Shown here: in pieces, positions 24,166-37,100 of the stretch
How positions within the stretch are numbered: the first letter of the stretch is position 1
How the letters are laid out: every line of letters starts with the position of its first letter
NCBI GenBank assembly: GCA_040437565.1
Contig: JBDOQK010000017.1
Location: 310,001 to 374,000, forward strand
Direction of reading: 5' to 3'
From: Albugo candida
Lineage: Eukaryota
DNA length: 64,000 nt
Notes under the pieces: model-generated
What the model was told of the DNA's origin: nothing
The model's input: only the letters and a program-made list of their open reading frames with translations
Databases searched by the model: none
Position numbers and translations under genes: made by a program

Positions 24166-24413
24166 TTTTGGTATGTAATACTAGGACACATCCCATTTGT
24201 GTGTAACAACGTGTTAGCCTAGGATACAAGGTTTCTCGATGCGATACGTCACCAACAGTCGTTTTTCGCGCGTAACGATCGACGACTGAGGCAAAGGTCG
24301 CTCCAACCTTTCGTGTAACGACCGAGAGAATGGATCTCAGTCCCAATGCACAGTCTCATTCTCATATTACACACTAAGCGCCAACGTTGAATTACACCAA
24401 AGAACAAAGCACA

Positions 24414-24512
24414 ATGGCACCAAAGAAAGATCAAACCAAAGAACCAAAAATGGACAACAAGAAAGCTGGAAAGCAACAGCAAGAGCCCAAGAAAAAAGGT
24501 GGAAAGAAATAA
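24414..24512 (+). CDS. Putative 32-aa Lys-rich microprotein
   Basis: MAPKKDQTKEPKMDNKKAGKQQQEPKKKGGKK. Good start context (CACAATGG) and an initiator-like CTCATTCTCA at ~24355. Confidence 0.55.
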   Translation: MAPKKDQTKEPKMDNKKAGKQQQEPKKKGGKK

Positions 24513-24632
24513 AGCGATGAAATGCGTCTGGTCCTATCGCTCCAACGTTGTCGCTCTTGCGAATGTGCACTGGGAATTGTGGATAGGGCTATGTAGATAA
24601 CTGAATGTAAAATGATCAAATTACGAATCTCT

Positions 24633-25162
24633 TCAACGCGCAATTCCTACGACTCCAAACGCTATAATGGATCCCGCATTCCCATTTTGTAGAGACTGTT
24701 CCTGACCACCTTTCCCACAATCATCTTCATTCTCGTGAATCACCATCGAACGTCCGATGATAGAATGAGGTCCAATCAGTTTCACCAATTTATCTTCCAT
24801 ATACACTTTTGTCGGACTTTCCGTGGAAGCTACGGTAATATTCCCTAGACTGCCGACGCGTCGTTCGTCATCTTCTGGTGCTCCATGATTCTTTGCAAAT
24901 GGATTGAAAACGCCTCCAAGAGCGTTTCCACCGGGTTGAGAGAGATCACCATAGACATTTATGTGAAATGCGTGTTTTCCTACCGGAAGGTTTGTCAATT
25001 CTCCCGAAATGATACTTTTTGCTTCTTCATGCGCCTACAAAGAGATATCGTTAGAAAACGTGAAGGAGGTTGAAAGGAGTGCAGTTGACTAGCCTGTGTG
25101 ATGGTCAAGGAACCATAGACGGTCCCGTCATCGTTTTGTAGCGTGCACACTGCCTTCGCCAT
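24633..25162 (-). CDS. Cu/Zn superoxide dismutase-like protein lacking several metal ligands (2 exons, GC-AG intron)
   Basis: 156 aa: MAKAVC...GKHAFHIN...FNPFAKNHGAP...LGNI...SIIGRSMVIH...GNAGS. Intron 25035-25093 with a CTAAC branch site. Confidence 0.9.
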
Positions 25163-25302
25163 GCGCTTTGATTGACGACTGGAGGGAATGTCGCGTTAAA
25201 TCGGCAGTAATGTTTTCAATGCAGCGGAGATGATCCACAAAAAGCGTGGATAAACTAGTGTTGTTACGCTAGGTTAGTGAAGGTGGACCACGATAGAATA
25301 GG
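25163..25302. promoter_or_regulatory. 140-bp probable bidirectional promoter between the SOD-like and GPx genes
   Basis: Divergent ATGs at 25162 (-) and 25303 (+). Confidence 0.55.
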
Positions 25303-25981
25303 ATGTGGTCTCGAATCAGCGCGTTAATCTTTTCGCCCGTTGTTCATGCAGAGGCTCAAAGCGCATACGATTTCTATGTCAATAACGTCAAAGGAGAATC
25401 AGTACATCTGAAACAGTACACGGACAGCCCTGTGTGGCTCGTTGTGAATGTAGCGAGCGCTTGCGGCTACACCGACCAAAATTACAAAGAGCTTCAGGTG
25501 ACTCAAATGGAAGCTTTCTTTCATCGTATTTATCGTATACATCGTATACTAGACTCTGTATACAAAATATCATGATCAAGGCCTTGAAATACTTGCGTTT
25601 CCGTGCAATCAATTCGGTTCTCAGGAAGCTAAAACCAACGAAGAGATTCTCTCTTATGTACAAAACCAGTATGACGTGACATTCCCGATTTTCGAAAAGG
25701 TACCATTGTTATCACATCCAATCCTTTCCCTCTAATCCTTATTTCAACAGACTTTTGTAAAAGGACCTGATGCTATTCCTTTTTTCAAGTTTCTTACACA
25801 AAAACAGACCGGTTTCCTGACAAATGACATCAAATGGAACTTTACCAAATTTCTCATTGTCAACGGCGTACCAATCAAACGTTACGGCTCATCGACACGA
25901 CCTTTGGATATCGAGTCGGACATCAAAAAAGCACTTTCAAGCACACAAACACAAACAGAAACGATTCGTGAGGACCTTTAA
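25303..25981 (+). CDS. Cys-type glutathione peroxidase with signal-like N-terminus and C-terminal REDL (3 exons)
   Basis: VVNVASACGYT, ILAFPCNQFGSQE and IKWNFTKFL motifs. Introns 25498-25552 and 25700-25750. Confidence 0.95.
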
Positions 25982-26073
25982 TTACGTAATACAGCGCCCT
26001 ATCGTGTCTTTTTATAGCAATCGCTTCAAAGAGTATTTTTGTATGCATTCGCTTCATTTTTTGGAACGCGGAA

Positions 26074-27635
26074 ATGACAGCGTACACGCCAGCGAGAATC
26101 CTTCCATTGTCTTCGCAGTACGGTAATGCCGAGGCTTTTGTCATAGAGAACGCAGTTGAGTTTTCAGAACGACATTTATTCCCACGCATTCGCAAAGGCA
26201 TTCGATCGAGTGCAAGTACGGACACTGTGAAAAGCCATAAAGGAGGTCTTGTGGGTCTCGAGAACATTGGCAATACGTGGTACAATCCCTTGACAAGTGA
26301 TATATCGTATGATCTAATGCCAAAGCAGTTATCTGAACAGCTGTGTGCAGTGTTTGAGCCATTTGCCGGTTTTGATGCGATATTTCCACACAATTTGTCG
26401 TAACGATTCTTTCGTCAAATGTCAAGTTGCCACGTACGTGTTTCCTGGAATTGGGTATGCTGTAGTGTGATCAAAGTGATGCTGTAGAGCGTTTCACGCG
26501 TTGATGGGGAAATTGTGGTCTAATGGGAAGGCGATGGAGCCGTATGAGCTGAAACGTGTCCTAAGTCGACTGAAACCGGAATTCCAAGGGTATGAGCAGC
26601 ATGACGCACAAGAATTCCTTCGGTGTCTGCTGGATAGTATGCATGATGAGATGAATACGATTCAGACTCCATTGGCATACCAGGAGATAAAGACGGATGT
26701 ACATACGAGTGATCGCGAAATATCGAATCGGTATTGGCGATATCATTTGGAAAGGAACCAAAGTTTTTTTTCCGATACGTTTTGTGGACAATTGCGTTCG
26801 GAAGTGAGATGTCAATTGTGTTCGCATCGATCGCTTTGTTTCGATACGTTTTGGGATCTTTCATTGTCATTTCCTCTGATGAAAAAGATAAAGCGTCCGA
26901 TACTTTCGCCATTGCGTGCAGTTTTCCAGTCGAAAGGGAATGCTTCCAATAAGAGTATCGACAGTCGAAATGCATGTAAAAGTATTCCGAGTCCCAAATC
27001 ATTTGCATTCACGCGATCTGTTTCTCCAACACGAAAATTGTCTGAAGATACATCCGTGTCACTGATTGAGTGTTTGGAAGCCTTTACAGCGTCGGAATTG
27101 CTTGAGGAAAGTAATGGCTTTTACTGCTCGAAATGTCGTCAAATTGGGTCGACATTGAAGAAGATCGTTTTCTATCGTCTTCCCGAAATTTTGGTACTTC
27201 ATCTCAAACGATTTGAAGTGAAAGCATCACACTGCAAGAAAAACAGTCGACATATCGATTTTCCATCCGATTCGCTCGATTTGGATCGCTTTTGTGCGAC
27301 AGATGCGGGTGTGTTGTCCTCATTCCTTCTTTCCTTTGTGATTGTCAAATTCCTTTTCAGTTTTGGATGGAGGCACAATGTACGATCTGAAGGGAGTCGT
27401 GTTGCATGACGGGACATTGGACGATGGACATTACACCGCGTGAGTAGCATCCTATTGCCAAGAGACATTTGCGTAAATTGCATTCGCCTGTAGAGAGTGT
27501 TATCATGATTCCAAGAAAGCGTGGTACACATTCAATGACAATAATGTGTCGAGCATCTTGCACCCTTCCAATAATAGCGCGTGTCCATACATTCTCTTCT
27601 ATCAGCGTCGATCCGAACAATCGTTGACGATATGA
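26074..27635 (+). CDS. Ubiquitin-specific protease (peptidase C19) (5 exons)
   Basis: Cys box GLENIGNTCYLNS is restored by intron 26280-26328. QHDAQEFL, LPEILVLHLKRF, His box GHYTA, WYTFND and PYILFY are present. Other introns: 26434-26487, 27309-27360, 27440-27493. Confidence 0.93.
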
Positions 27636-27719
27636 GTAGCATTGTAATAGAATATTTACATTAGAGTAAAAGTGTAATAATACCAAAAGTGACGTTCCGT
27701 CGATTTCTCACATTTGAAA

Positions 27720-28111
27720 ATGGCGTCGCGATCCGAAGGTGAGTCTTCCTCTGCGTTTTATTGAGAGATCTGATGTAAAGTGTATGTGTACCAGTCGCAT
27801 TTTGCGTGTCGATGATCAGCTTTAGCGGATGTGTTTTCTTGCTACTTGTTGGAATTCTCATCAAAGTACAGCCCGAGTACATGAAGCTATCCAAAGCAAT
27901 CGCATCTCCGCTCCCCGTCTTCGAAACAGGTGCATCGTTTCCCATACGTGTATTTGTGTGACATTCGCTTGTAGCCGGTGTGTATGGCGCACTTTTCGTG
28001 GTCATCAGTGTGTTTCTGTATATGGATAACCGTGTGGACAGAATGGGTCCGAATCGATACCGCGCGTTAGCGTCGTGTCCGAGTGAGCATCAGCCATTGC
28101 TTTCCAAATAG
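27720..28111 (+). CDS. Two-TM small protein, RNASEK / V-ATPase subunit f-like (3 exons)
   Basis: Introns 27739-27794 and 27930-27974 give 96 aa with TM1 AFCVSMISFSGCVFLLLVGILI, TM2 AGVYGALFVVISVFLY and a C-terminal EHQPLL motif. Confidence 0.65.
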
Positions 28112-28152
28112 TAATAATACGACACGCTTCTTCCTTCTCATCACACAACTTT

Positions 28153-31100
28153 TCATTCTGATTTGTCTTTGTCGATGCCTCTCATCGGACGTAAATGGAT
28201 CACATTGGTTCCTGTCACATGTAACAACGTCTCTGGCGATCGTAATAATCGAATCAAAGTCTCAAAAATACGAACTTCGTCTTTCAAATGGCCGACATAG
28301 TTTTCTTCTCTCACCAGATAAATTCCTTGGATCAGCTCTAAAATGTGGTCAGGTTCCGGGATCTCAGTGTATTGGACATTGTACAATCTTCCACGGAAAA
28401 ACGTTTTCACAGTGTCTCCAATTGTGATCAATACGAAAAAGTAAAGTGCGGTGAGGCCATAAAAGTCGAAACCCCATTTACGAAGTCCTTTGACAATGAG
28501 ATCCGACACAGTGATAAGACAGAGAGTGTCCTTCTTCGCATCCGCGCCACATCCGATTGGATCCAATGGAGTTTGGCTCTTGACGCCTTCCGGTTCTAGA
28601 GACCACCACGAATGTGTTCCTCTGATATTTCGTCGTAAGCGAACATTTTGCATCGCCAAAGTGCGTCGACGGATTCCTTTGATCGCTGTAAGCTGAAGCA
28701 CGGGCGGATACAATGTCGGGATTTTGATACTTGTATTCGACACGTTGCTGGAGTCGGCCATCATCACTTGCATCAGCAGTTGACGTTGCTTTGGCATCAT
28801 TGGAACTGTGTATGTGATCTTTGTCGTTTCGAAATCGTCGGGTCCCGAGCGTAAGAATTCAAATGTGATTCCAAAGCATAACGGCAATCGTTTGTGTTCT
28901 TGTGACTGATTCAAAAGTCGTGTCAATGAATCGATTTGTGGTGGTGACGCATCCCAAAGGGACTCAGAGAAGGTGTATACCGACACTTTTTGGATATCGC
29001 CCGTCGATGTCGTGTATGAGATATTCTTATCGGCGTATCGAGGACTTCGGAGTTGGCGATTCCTGTACAAGACGAATGAAATGCCTTTCTTGTCGCCAAT
29101 TCCAAAGGAGACAGTTGCCAGTTTGACGGCGTTTGATTTCGTGTTTGGATTCAAAGAGCTGAATACGGCTAACGGAGTTATCAAGCAAATGTAGAGGAAT
29201 AGTAACATGATACCGGCTGAGAAGAGCTTTCGCGATAATGGCTGACGATGCAATCCGTTGAGAATCTTTGTGTTTTTGCTTCGATCGTTCATTTCCAATT
29301 TGACACAAAAGAAATGAGCTGCTGCGTCTTCGAGTGTGATCCAATGATACCACGTCAAAGAGGTTCTTGTGCACAGATAATCCAATAAAGCGCGTAATTC
29401 GAAGAGAAATGGAGCAAGTCGGTAGATTGGGAAGAAGATTTCCAGACATTTCCACGAGAAGGTGTCTTCATCAGAGCTTTTGTATCGCAGTCCACGATAC
29501 ACGCGATAGCCATATCGTATTTGGAGACCACCAAACCAGAGATACGTCATGTGAATCAGATAGAGAATGACGAGGAAAATGCGTTCCTGGAAATATATTT
29601 CCGTGTGATACGGAACCAAAAGCCATATTGAGATCAAAAGTATCGCAGCGTAGACGTACTGAAGGATAAGTTTGTAGAGAATGGAGCGACACAAGTACGC
29701 GATACGATCCCAGATTGCGAGGATGAGTTGCATAATGACGAGTAAGACAAGGTTTCCAGAGAAGATTCCAGATGTCTCAATGCCTGGTGAGAGATTGATC
29801 GATGTCGAGGTACTTGCCCAATTACTTCCTCCTCTGTTGTCTCGATCGGGTTCACCAAGTGCGTTGAAAAAGATCAATGCGTAGCCGTAGGAGAGGAGCG
29901 ATACAACAAGCGATGGAGTGTAGTAATCGCGACCGGGTTTATACATTTGCATCGTTGTGTCGTTGCATCGATCCCAATGAGGCGGAGGTTGTGTGAGTAG
30001 CGTCTCAAAGTACGCATACACCGATGAGCATTTCGTGATACACTTTGGAAACGGTTGGGATGCGTGCATGTGCTTGAGATTGCGAGTATTCTCGTCTATG
30101 GAGTGTGCTACTTTCTGACCACTTTGATCGCCAGAATCGAAAAGGAGATCATCTCCTTCTTTCTGTAATTTGACACAATCGATTTCGGACGCATTGTAAT
30201 TGGAATCTCTCAAATTGGAGTCATTAGCGTTCGTGTCAATTGCTTTGAAGGAATACGAATCGAATTGAATCGAAGACGTCTTCTTCAAAAGTGTTTGTTG
30301 GATGGGTTTTGAAGCGTTGTGGTCACTTCCATTGCCGATGAGAGAGTCTTTCACAGAAATTGGAGAATCCACGATCGAGTAGAGATGCTGCAGAGACTCC
30401 ATGATCTCTGCTTCTTGTGCCGTGATCGTGTGTGTTTGATCGTCGACATGAGTTTCGGGTGCTGATGCGGTCATCCAGAGTCCTCGTCGCTTGAGCTCGT
30501 AAATGTGCCAGCAAAGACTCAGCACCACGTACAAGTTCCATTTCAATCCAGAGAAGATCGTTTTTGTGTCTCTGAGAAGACCTCCGTCCATTTTATAGAT
30601 TCCAATAAGAACCATTGGTTGGATTGCTTTGACACGAGATAATTGAGTGAGAGAAGGTGAGCTGCAACGAGGTGATATGGAAGGTATGTACATTCCTTGA
30701 TCATTGACGTATTGGCAGAAAATCGTGAGCTGGAACATGTAGCGAAGAAGGAGAATGACACATGTGTACAGCAGTAATGCTCGCCAGCAAAAAGCCGACG
30801 CGTTTGGATGCTCAAAGACCACGTAGCAGAATGTGAAGATGACAATGAGAAAGTTGAAGAAGTCGGCCTGTGCACTAAAGCATACGATGATCACTACAAA
30901 GCATACCAATTCCGATCGACATTTGAGATTGTTGATGATGACTCCAAGTAATTCCAAGACAGTTGGATCACACGGATCGTCCAATTCATAAGCGGGCGTA
31001 TCGGCTTTACCAATAGCGTCTTGATGTCGATGCAGCCAGATATAGACGGGAAGTCGGCATGTAAGAAGCCACGATTGAAAGCCGGTGTCGTAATTGTCGT

Positions 31101-34100
31101 AATTCAATCCTTCCGAGTCATTAAAGGTACTCTCTCCTTGCTCGCTGCTGTATTCACTGACAGCTTCATCCCCCACACTGGTTCTTGTACCTCGACGATG
31201 TGCGTTTCCACAAGGGAATACATTCAAAAGTTCTTTCTCACATGCGTCGAGTTTGGAGGTTGTGCTTACAGCTGTCGGATCGGGAAGGCCAATTTTGCGC
31301 AAGGTTTTCAGAACAGATTGTCCAACGACTCCCTTTGGGACTGCAAATGCCATTGCGGAGAGAAACTTTTTGAAACCTCTGGAAGATTCGGCTTGTAAAG
31401 TGAATTTGGTGACTGTGTGTACCTCGGAGATGGAATGATCGCGATAGAACTCGTGTGCGACCTGATCTTGCGGAGAATGCTGTAGAGTATGAGCTGAACG
31501 TACGTATAAGATGAAGCAGTACAGCCGCGGAGAAACGTCATCAAAACGTATTTGTTTGGCACTCAATTCAAAAGAGAGGACGTCACGCCATAGAATACAT
31601 TGTCTTCGTAGAGGTCGTTTGGTCGGTTTTTTCTTTCTCGGTTGTGTTTTCCTCTTTCGTTCTTCGGCTGCGACTCGAGTACGATGACGTAGCGCTGCTT
31701 CTTCATTTCGATAGATCACAAGTTGATGTTCGTCAATGACAACGTATCGATTCAGGTACACAGCCCGAAAGTATCGAAACAATGATCGAAAGCGAGCTCC
31801 AGCGACCGGTTCCCGACGATATTTCATCCATCCAGCCGTGCAATTGTCATCCAATCTGAAAGCAAGTGTCGAAGACGGCGTTGTTGCTACACTCATCGGT
31901 CCTTCACCCATTCTGGAAACAGCAGTCACTTTGAATTGGTAGCTGGCACCCGGTCGTAGTCCATCGATTTTCCCCTGTGTGTCTGACCCTTGCACTTCCG
32001 AGTAAAGACTGTAGTCGCCGAGGATTGTTGTCGATGGAAAGCGTTGATAATAAATACGATAGGACCGAATTGTATGGACAGAGTTTGTTGGTGGCTTCCA
32101 ATATATTGAGATTGATGTGTGCGTTGTGAGATTCGTAACGACTTGGACTTCTTCGGGAGCCATTGGTGGAAGGCTATAGTTCAATCCCATTGCAATATCC
32201 AAAAGCTCTTCCATTTTATGGACCGATTTGTTGACAGTGAGCTTAAGTCTCTGAATTGCGGTCTTTTTCTCCGATTTCAAATAAAACCATTGACGTACTT
32301 TCTCTCGATGCTGATGGAAATACAAGAGATCGCGACGTTTTGCAGCTTCACTTCCGTTCTGATTCTGTAAGCTGGAGCTAAACTCCTTATACTCTGACAT
32401 TTTCATCAGCTGTCCTTGTACCGCTAACATGATAAATACGACGAGAGGGCCATAAGGGAATGATTGAGAGTAGATGCCAGTCAAATTCGCCATATTCACG
32501 CACGTGTTCGCTTCAGTCGATCCGTAGACGCAGTGTGCGCCATTGTGATTGAATATATATCTTAATAAAGGAAAATCGGCCACAAGGAGTAGAAAAAGAT
32601 GCAGCCAATTGCAGTATCTCAGCTGCCATAGCCATAGTGTGGAAATCATTCGAGCGTGGTCAATGTGATACAGCATATAGACTGCTGTGACACCATAGAA
32701 AGCCGATACAAAGCCACAATTGTTGATGTTGATAATAAATGCTGTTACGAGTGTGATGGGAAGCCACGTTGAGATCAGCCACAGCAGGAGATATGCTCGC
32801 ATATTCGATCGAACATTGCATAGAAATTGGCCAGAGGCAATTCCCTGCCATGTAATATTGCGTGATGGAGCTTTGAGCAGAGATGGGTCTTCATACTTGT
32901 TTGTTTCCGTGCAAAGATTTGATTTGGGGATGTTTGTATTCTCACGTTGCAAGACGGATGCTTTAGCTTGTTTGATGCCAGCATTGGAACGACAGAGTAA
33001 GAAACACGATGAAAACCAGTTGCATGTTATATTCTGTCCAGAGTTTGCTTCCACGAGAAGATAAAGCTGTATTAAGATGAAAAAATCGACCAGTAGCGCC
33101 CATTTCATTTCCAGTTTGAATAAAAGATATTGACTCCAAATGTGATTTGATTTGAATGCCATTGGAATGGGAGAAAGTGGTGATAATATTAGTAGAGATC
33201 CATACTCTATTCCAATGACCAGAGATACGAAAATAATGATACATTGACCTTCACAACGTTTGAAAGAAGGTTTCTGTGCTCTCATCAGACGGAAGACCAA
33301 ACAGATATAAATGATCGATGATACGTCGCAATGCAGAAATGCTGATATTGCCATCAAAGCACCGAGAACATCAAACGCGGCTGTCTCAAGAATCCATTTC
33401 TGCAGTACGGACATCAGCATGAATTCTTCATCATTGGAAGCTAACAGATCGGGATAAAATGACTTTTCGCGAGTGAGATCGATAGCTGCGAATCTTTGAT
33501 CCTCAAAAGGGCTGTCGCCCTCACATTCTCGAACAGATTGTAAGACTGTCGGTAAAGCTTTGTCGTTTCTGTGAGCCTTGGAGATGGATAAAGCTTCTGC
33601 TGTCTCCTCATTCTGGATTACGGAATGGCTTCCCGTGTGTGTATTGTATCCTTCGTTGTCATGTGGCTGGACACTTGAGCAAGCTTGTTGGTGTCGGATC
33701 GTTTGGATAGTTTGGAGTCTCCAATATTCAGTGATTCGAGCCATAAAGCAAAAAAGCATGATCCAAATTTGTGGGAAGAGAAGGTGTTGAAATGTCATTT
33801 TCTTTCCTTCCAGAAAATGTTCCTCTGGAAGCCATGGAATGCCAATCCACCGACGCAATCGAGTCAGCCATGGAAGAAGTGCCAAATTCTTCTCACCATT
33901 CTGCCACGTAGAGCTAATGATATCGACGTGATGTGAATGCTGACCGTTGAAAATGCCCAATTGATAAATGTATTTGGTCATAATCACAAGCGATGAATAC
34001 CAGAACAAAGGGATCCAAAGCGACTTCCACGATCGGACAAAAGGACGGACACCAACAATGATCACAATGTATGTGCCACCAATTGCGTTGATATGTTCCA

Positions 34101-37100
34101 AAGCGATCACCATTGCCACACAACTCATAATAGCAGAACTTGAAACGATCAGAAAAGCCCGAAAGAACTTTATACAAAAGTGAATGTACTTCATACATTT
34201 TGATTGTCTCATTTTGTACGATAGCTGCGCTAAAGGAGACGGCACTTCGATACATTGTGACAATGAGATAAGTTGCCAAAAGCACAGGAAAACCAGTATC
34301 GCCGTCGGAAGCAGGTATATGAATATGTGCGAAATGGTGTCTTGAGCCAATGAGGTTATTGACACACGTTTTGTGAAGAAATTGGCAGCCAAACTTACAT
34401 GAAACTTCAATCCAAAATGTTGAGCTGTGAAATACGATGACGTAAAAATGCTCGAGTCGAGAAAAGTGGCTATAGCGTCAAACTGATACAAATAGCGACA
34501 CGCCAAAATGAGAGTCTCCAAGACTAGAGTCATTGACCACGCCACTCGAAGATAGTTGGAAGTTCTTGGGGCTTTCACATAATTCCCAATGTGAACTCCA
34601 ACTAAAAGTATCATTGCACAAAACTGAATACACCCGAGAACACTTGTGCTGATGGTACCATTTTCGGAGACTATGGTCTCAGAGCAGAGACAAACGGTGA
34701 AGAACACAAAGTAACAAATCGCAGCGCCAGTGATCCGGAAAGCATGTTTGAGCTCGACCACAAATCTCGATAAGAAGACAAGAGGCCGCTGACGTGCGAC
34801 GTTTGTATTCAGAAAGCGTGGATCCACCAATTGCTTTTTCGAAACGTATACGACAAGCTGAAAGACAACTTGCGAGATGATAAGAAGCTGAGTGGTAAAG
34901 AGCGTTGGCCATAGTGAGAACGTCCAAACTTTCAGACTATCTGTTCTTTTGTGGAAACAGACCAGCCCTATCACTTCCCACTGCCTCGATCGTCCTGTGC
35001 ATTCAATATTCCGTACAAATACCAAGAAGCAGGTCACCAAGGAATACCATAACAAGATACGCCATAATCGACGTCTGTCTTCGAAAAAGAGAATCAGTGC
35101 CGCAGCTAAAATGAGATAACCAACTTGCACAATCGAGACGTTGGTGCTCAAAATGACGATGACTAATGTCAATAGAACGAGAATGTCCATGTGAAGTAAT
35201 AATATTTGTTTTGCATCGCTGAGCCATAATTTGGCGTAGTGTGTCCAATTTCTATGTAAACGCTACGAAATATCAATTGAGTCAAGAGTAAGAGATACGA
35301 AAGCATTCAAATATGTTCCTTACCGCTTGCACAGCTGCTTCATGCTCGTATTGTGCCGCTAAAGCGACTTCTTTTCTATCAACGATATCTTCGTCTGCTT
35401 CATAAAGGGATACGCTCGAGCACGATACTGCCGAAGACGATTGGACAGAGAAACCATCCGATCGTAAGACTACAGCACGTTTTCTTTGCAAGTGTTTTTG
35501 TCTTTTGTGATTTTTCAAAACTCGGACGACGTTAGCGAAACGCAATTGTGTTCGGATGGCGTAAAACATGAATCCGAGACAAATGTTGTGAAAGTACAAG
35601 TCGATAAGCGGGAGATCGAATACGCGTAGTCCATATTTGCTCCAGTACGTCTTCGACTCGATGGCGAAGGAATTAGCCATCAGATTCGATCCGTATTCCA
35701 TGATGCCAAGACATGTGCCGTAAAGGAAGAGAATTGCTACAGTAAAACTTGGTACAGATATCCCATAAAATCCAATGATCAAGAATGCCCATGCTAGAAG
35801 CGGTGCGGACGCGTAAGACGGATAAGAAACACTCCAAATGATAGCTGCAAGACTGGACATCAGTAAACCTCCTTCCGCGATAAACATACGAACAAAACGT
35901 GGTTGATCTGATAAAATGTGCTCCAAATTCAGATCGAATGTTGCAGTTGATGGATGCGGGGCGTCAAATCGAGCATTGGGAGATACAAGAGGCATAACGC
36001 TGTGCAATGTGCGACGATCACATATATCAGCGATTTCGTTCTCCTTTTGATCTCTGGTATACGTTGCAGAATGGCGACTGACGAGAATTTGTATTCCTCT
36101 ACTTTGTGAGAATTGTCTCAGTCTATAAGCTCGGCAAAGTTGGGCACAAAGAAGAACTAGCAGTAGCTGGCAGGAAACTGAGATGTAATACGTCCATACT
36201 GGAATCGTGGTCGTGGTGGTATAATCGGAATTTATATATTTTGCATGCTGCAATTTTCGAAATCCTAACGTGTACCCAATTCGAATTACTCTTTCATCTT
36301 GCAGCAGCGGAGATTGGTAAATATAACTGCACGTAAAAGAATATCAGCTTTCATTGCATGAGCAAAAGCATGGAACGGAGATACGTACAGTAGATGCAGC
36401 CAAAGGTGAGCGACGATTAATACGACCATTGCTGTTTTGTCCCCAACAAATCTTCGTGTGCCCAATAAAATCCGTCTCGAGTCCGTCTTTTGTAATTGTT
36501 CGATTGTAAGTGATTTCGCATAATATGTCCATTGTAAGAAACGCTCAAGGAGAATCAAGTAATATATGCCTGTGCTCAAAGTCGGTACCGATGTTGATGA
36601 AATAAGAAGTAATTGGGCAATCCAAATCTCTAGCCATCGAATGGACATACCCGGAGCTCGAACCGTGTTTTCATCGACCCCTCTTGATGCGGTAACCTCG
36701 ATGTGATACGAAAGATGGCAATATAACGGAAGAAGAACGCTCTGACTCTCGCGTCTGATTTTTTGCTCCTCTGTGACTTCAATAATTCTACCGAATGCTC
36801 TGTACGAGTAGACTCGAGCTCTAGCATTAAGCCACGGGTATGCGACAACGCAATAAAAAGTTGCATACATCGTGACAAAAAGATCTATTCCGTACAATTC
36901 CATCCACGACGGCCGAGAATGCACCCAAATCATATGTTGCACGACCGAATCACGCAACTTTGATGATGATCGTAAAATGATCAACACTCCATCCATAATC
37001 AATACCGTCCATCCAAAAGCTGCAATACACTTCGGCAGTAAGAGTGTGTGCGACTTGAGTCCAAAAGGGTTCATGAACCCTAAAAAGAATCCGAAAAAAT

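Noticed and set aside
25462-25464. Selenocysteine in GPx
   Set aside because: The active-site codon is TGC (Cys).
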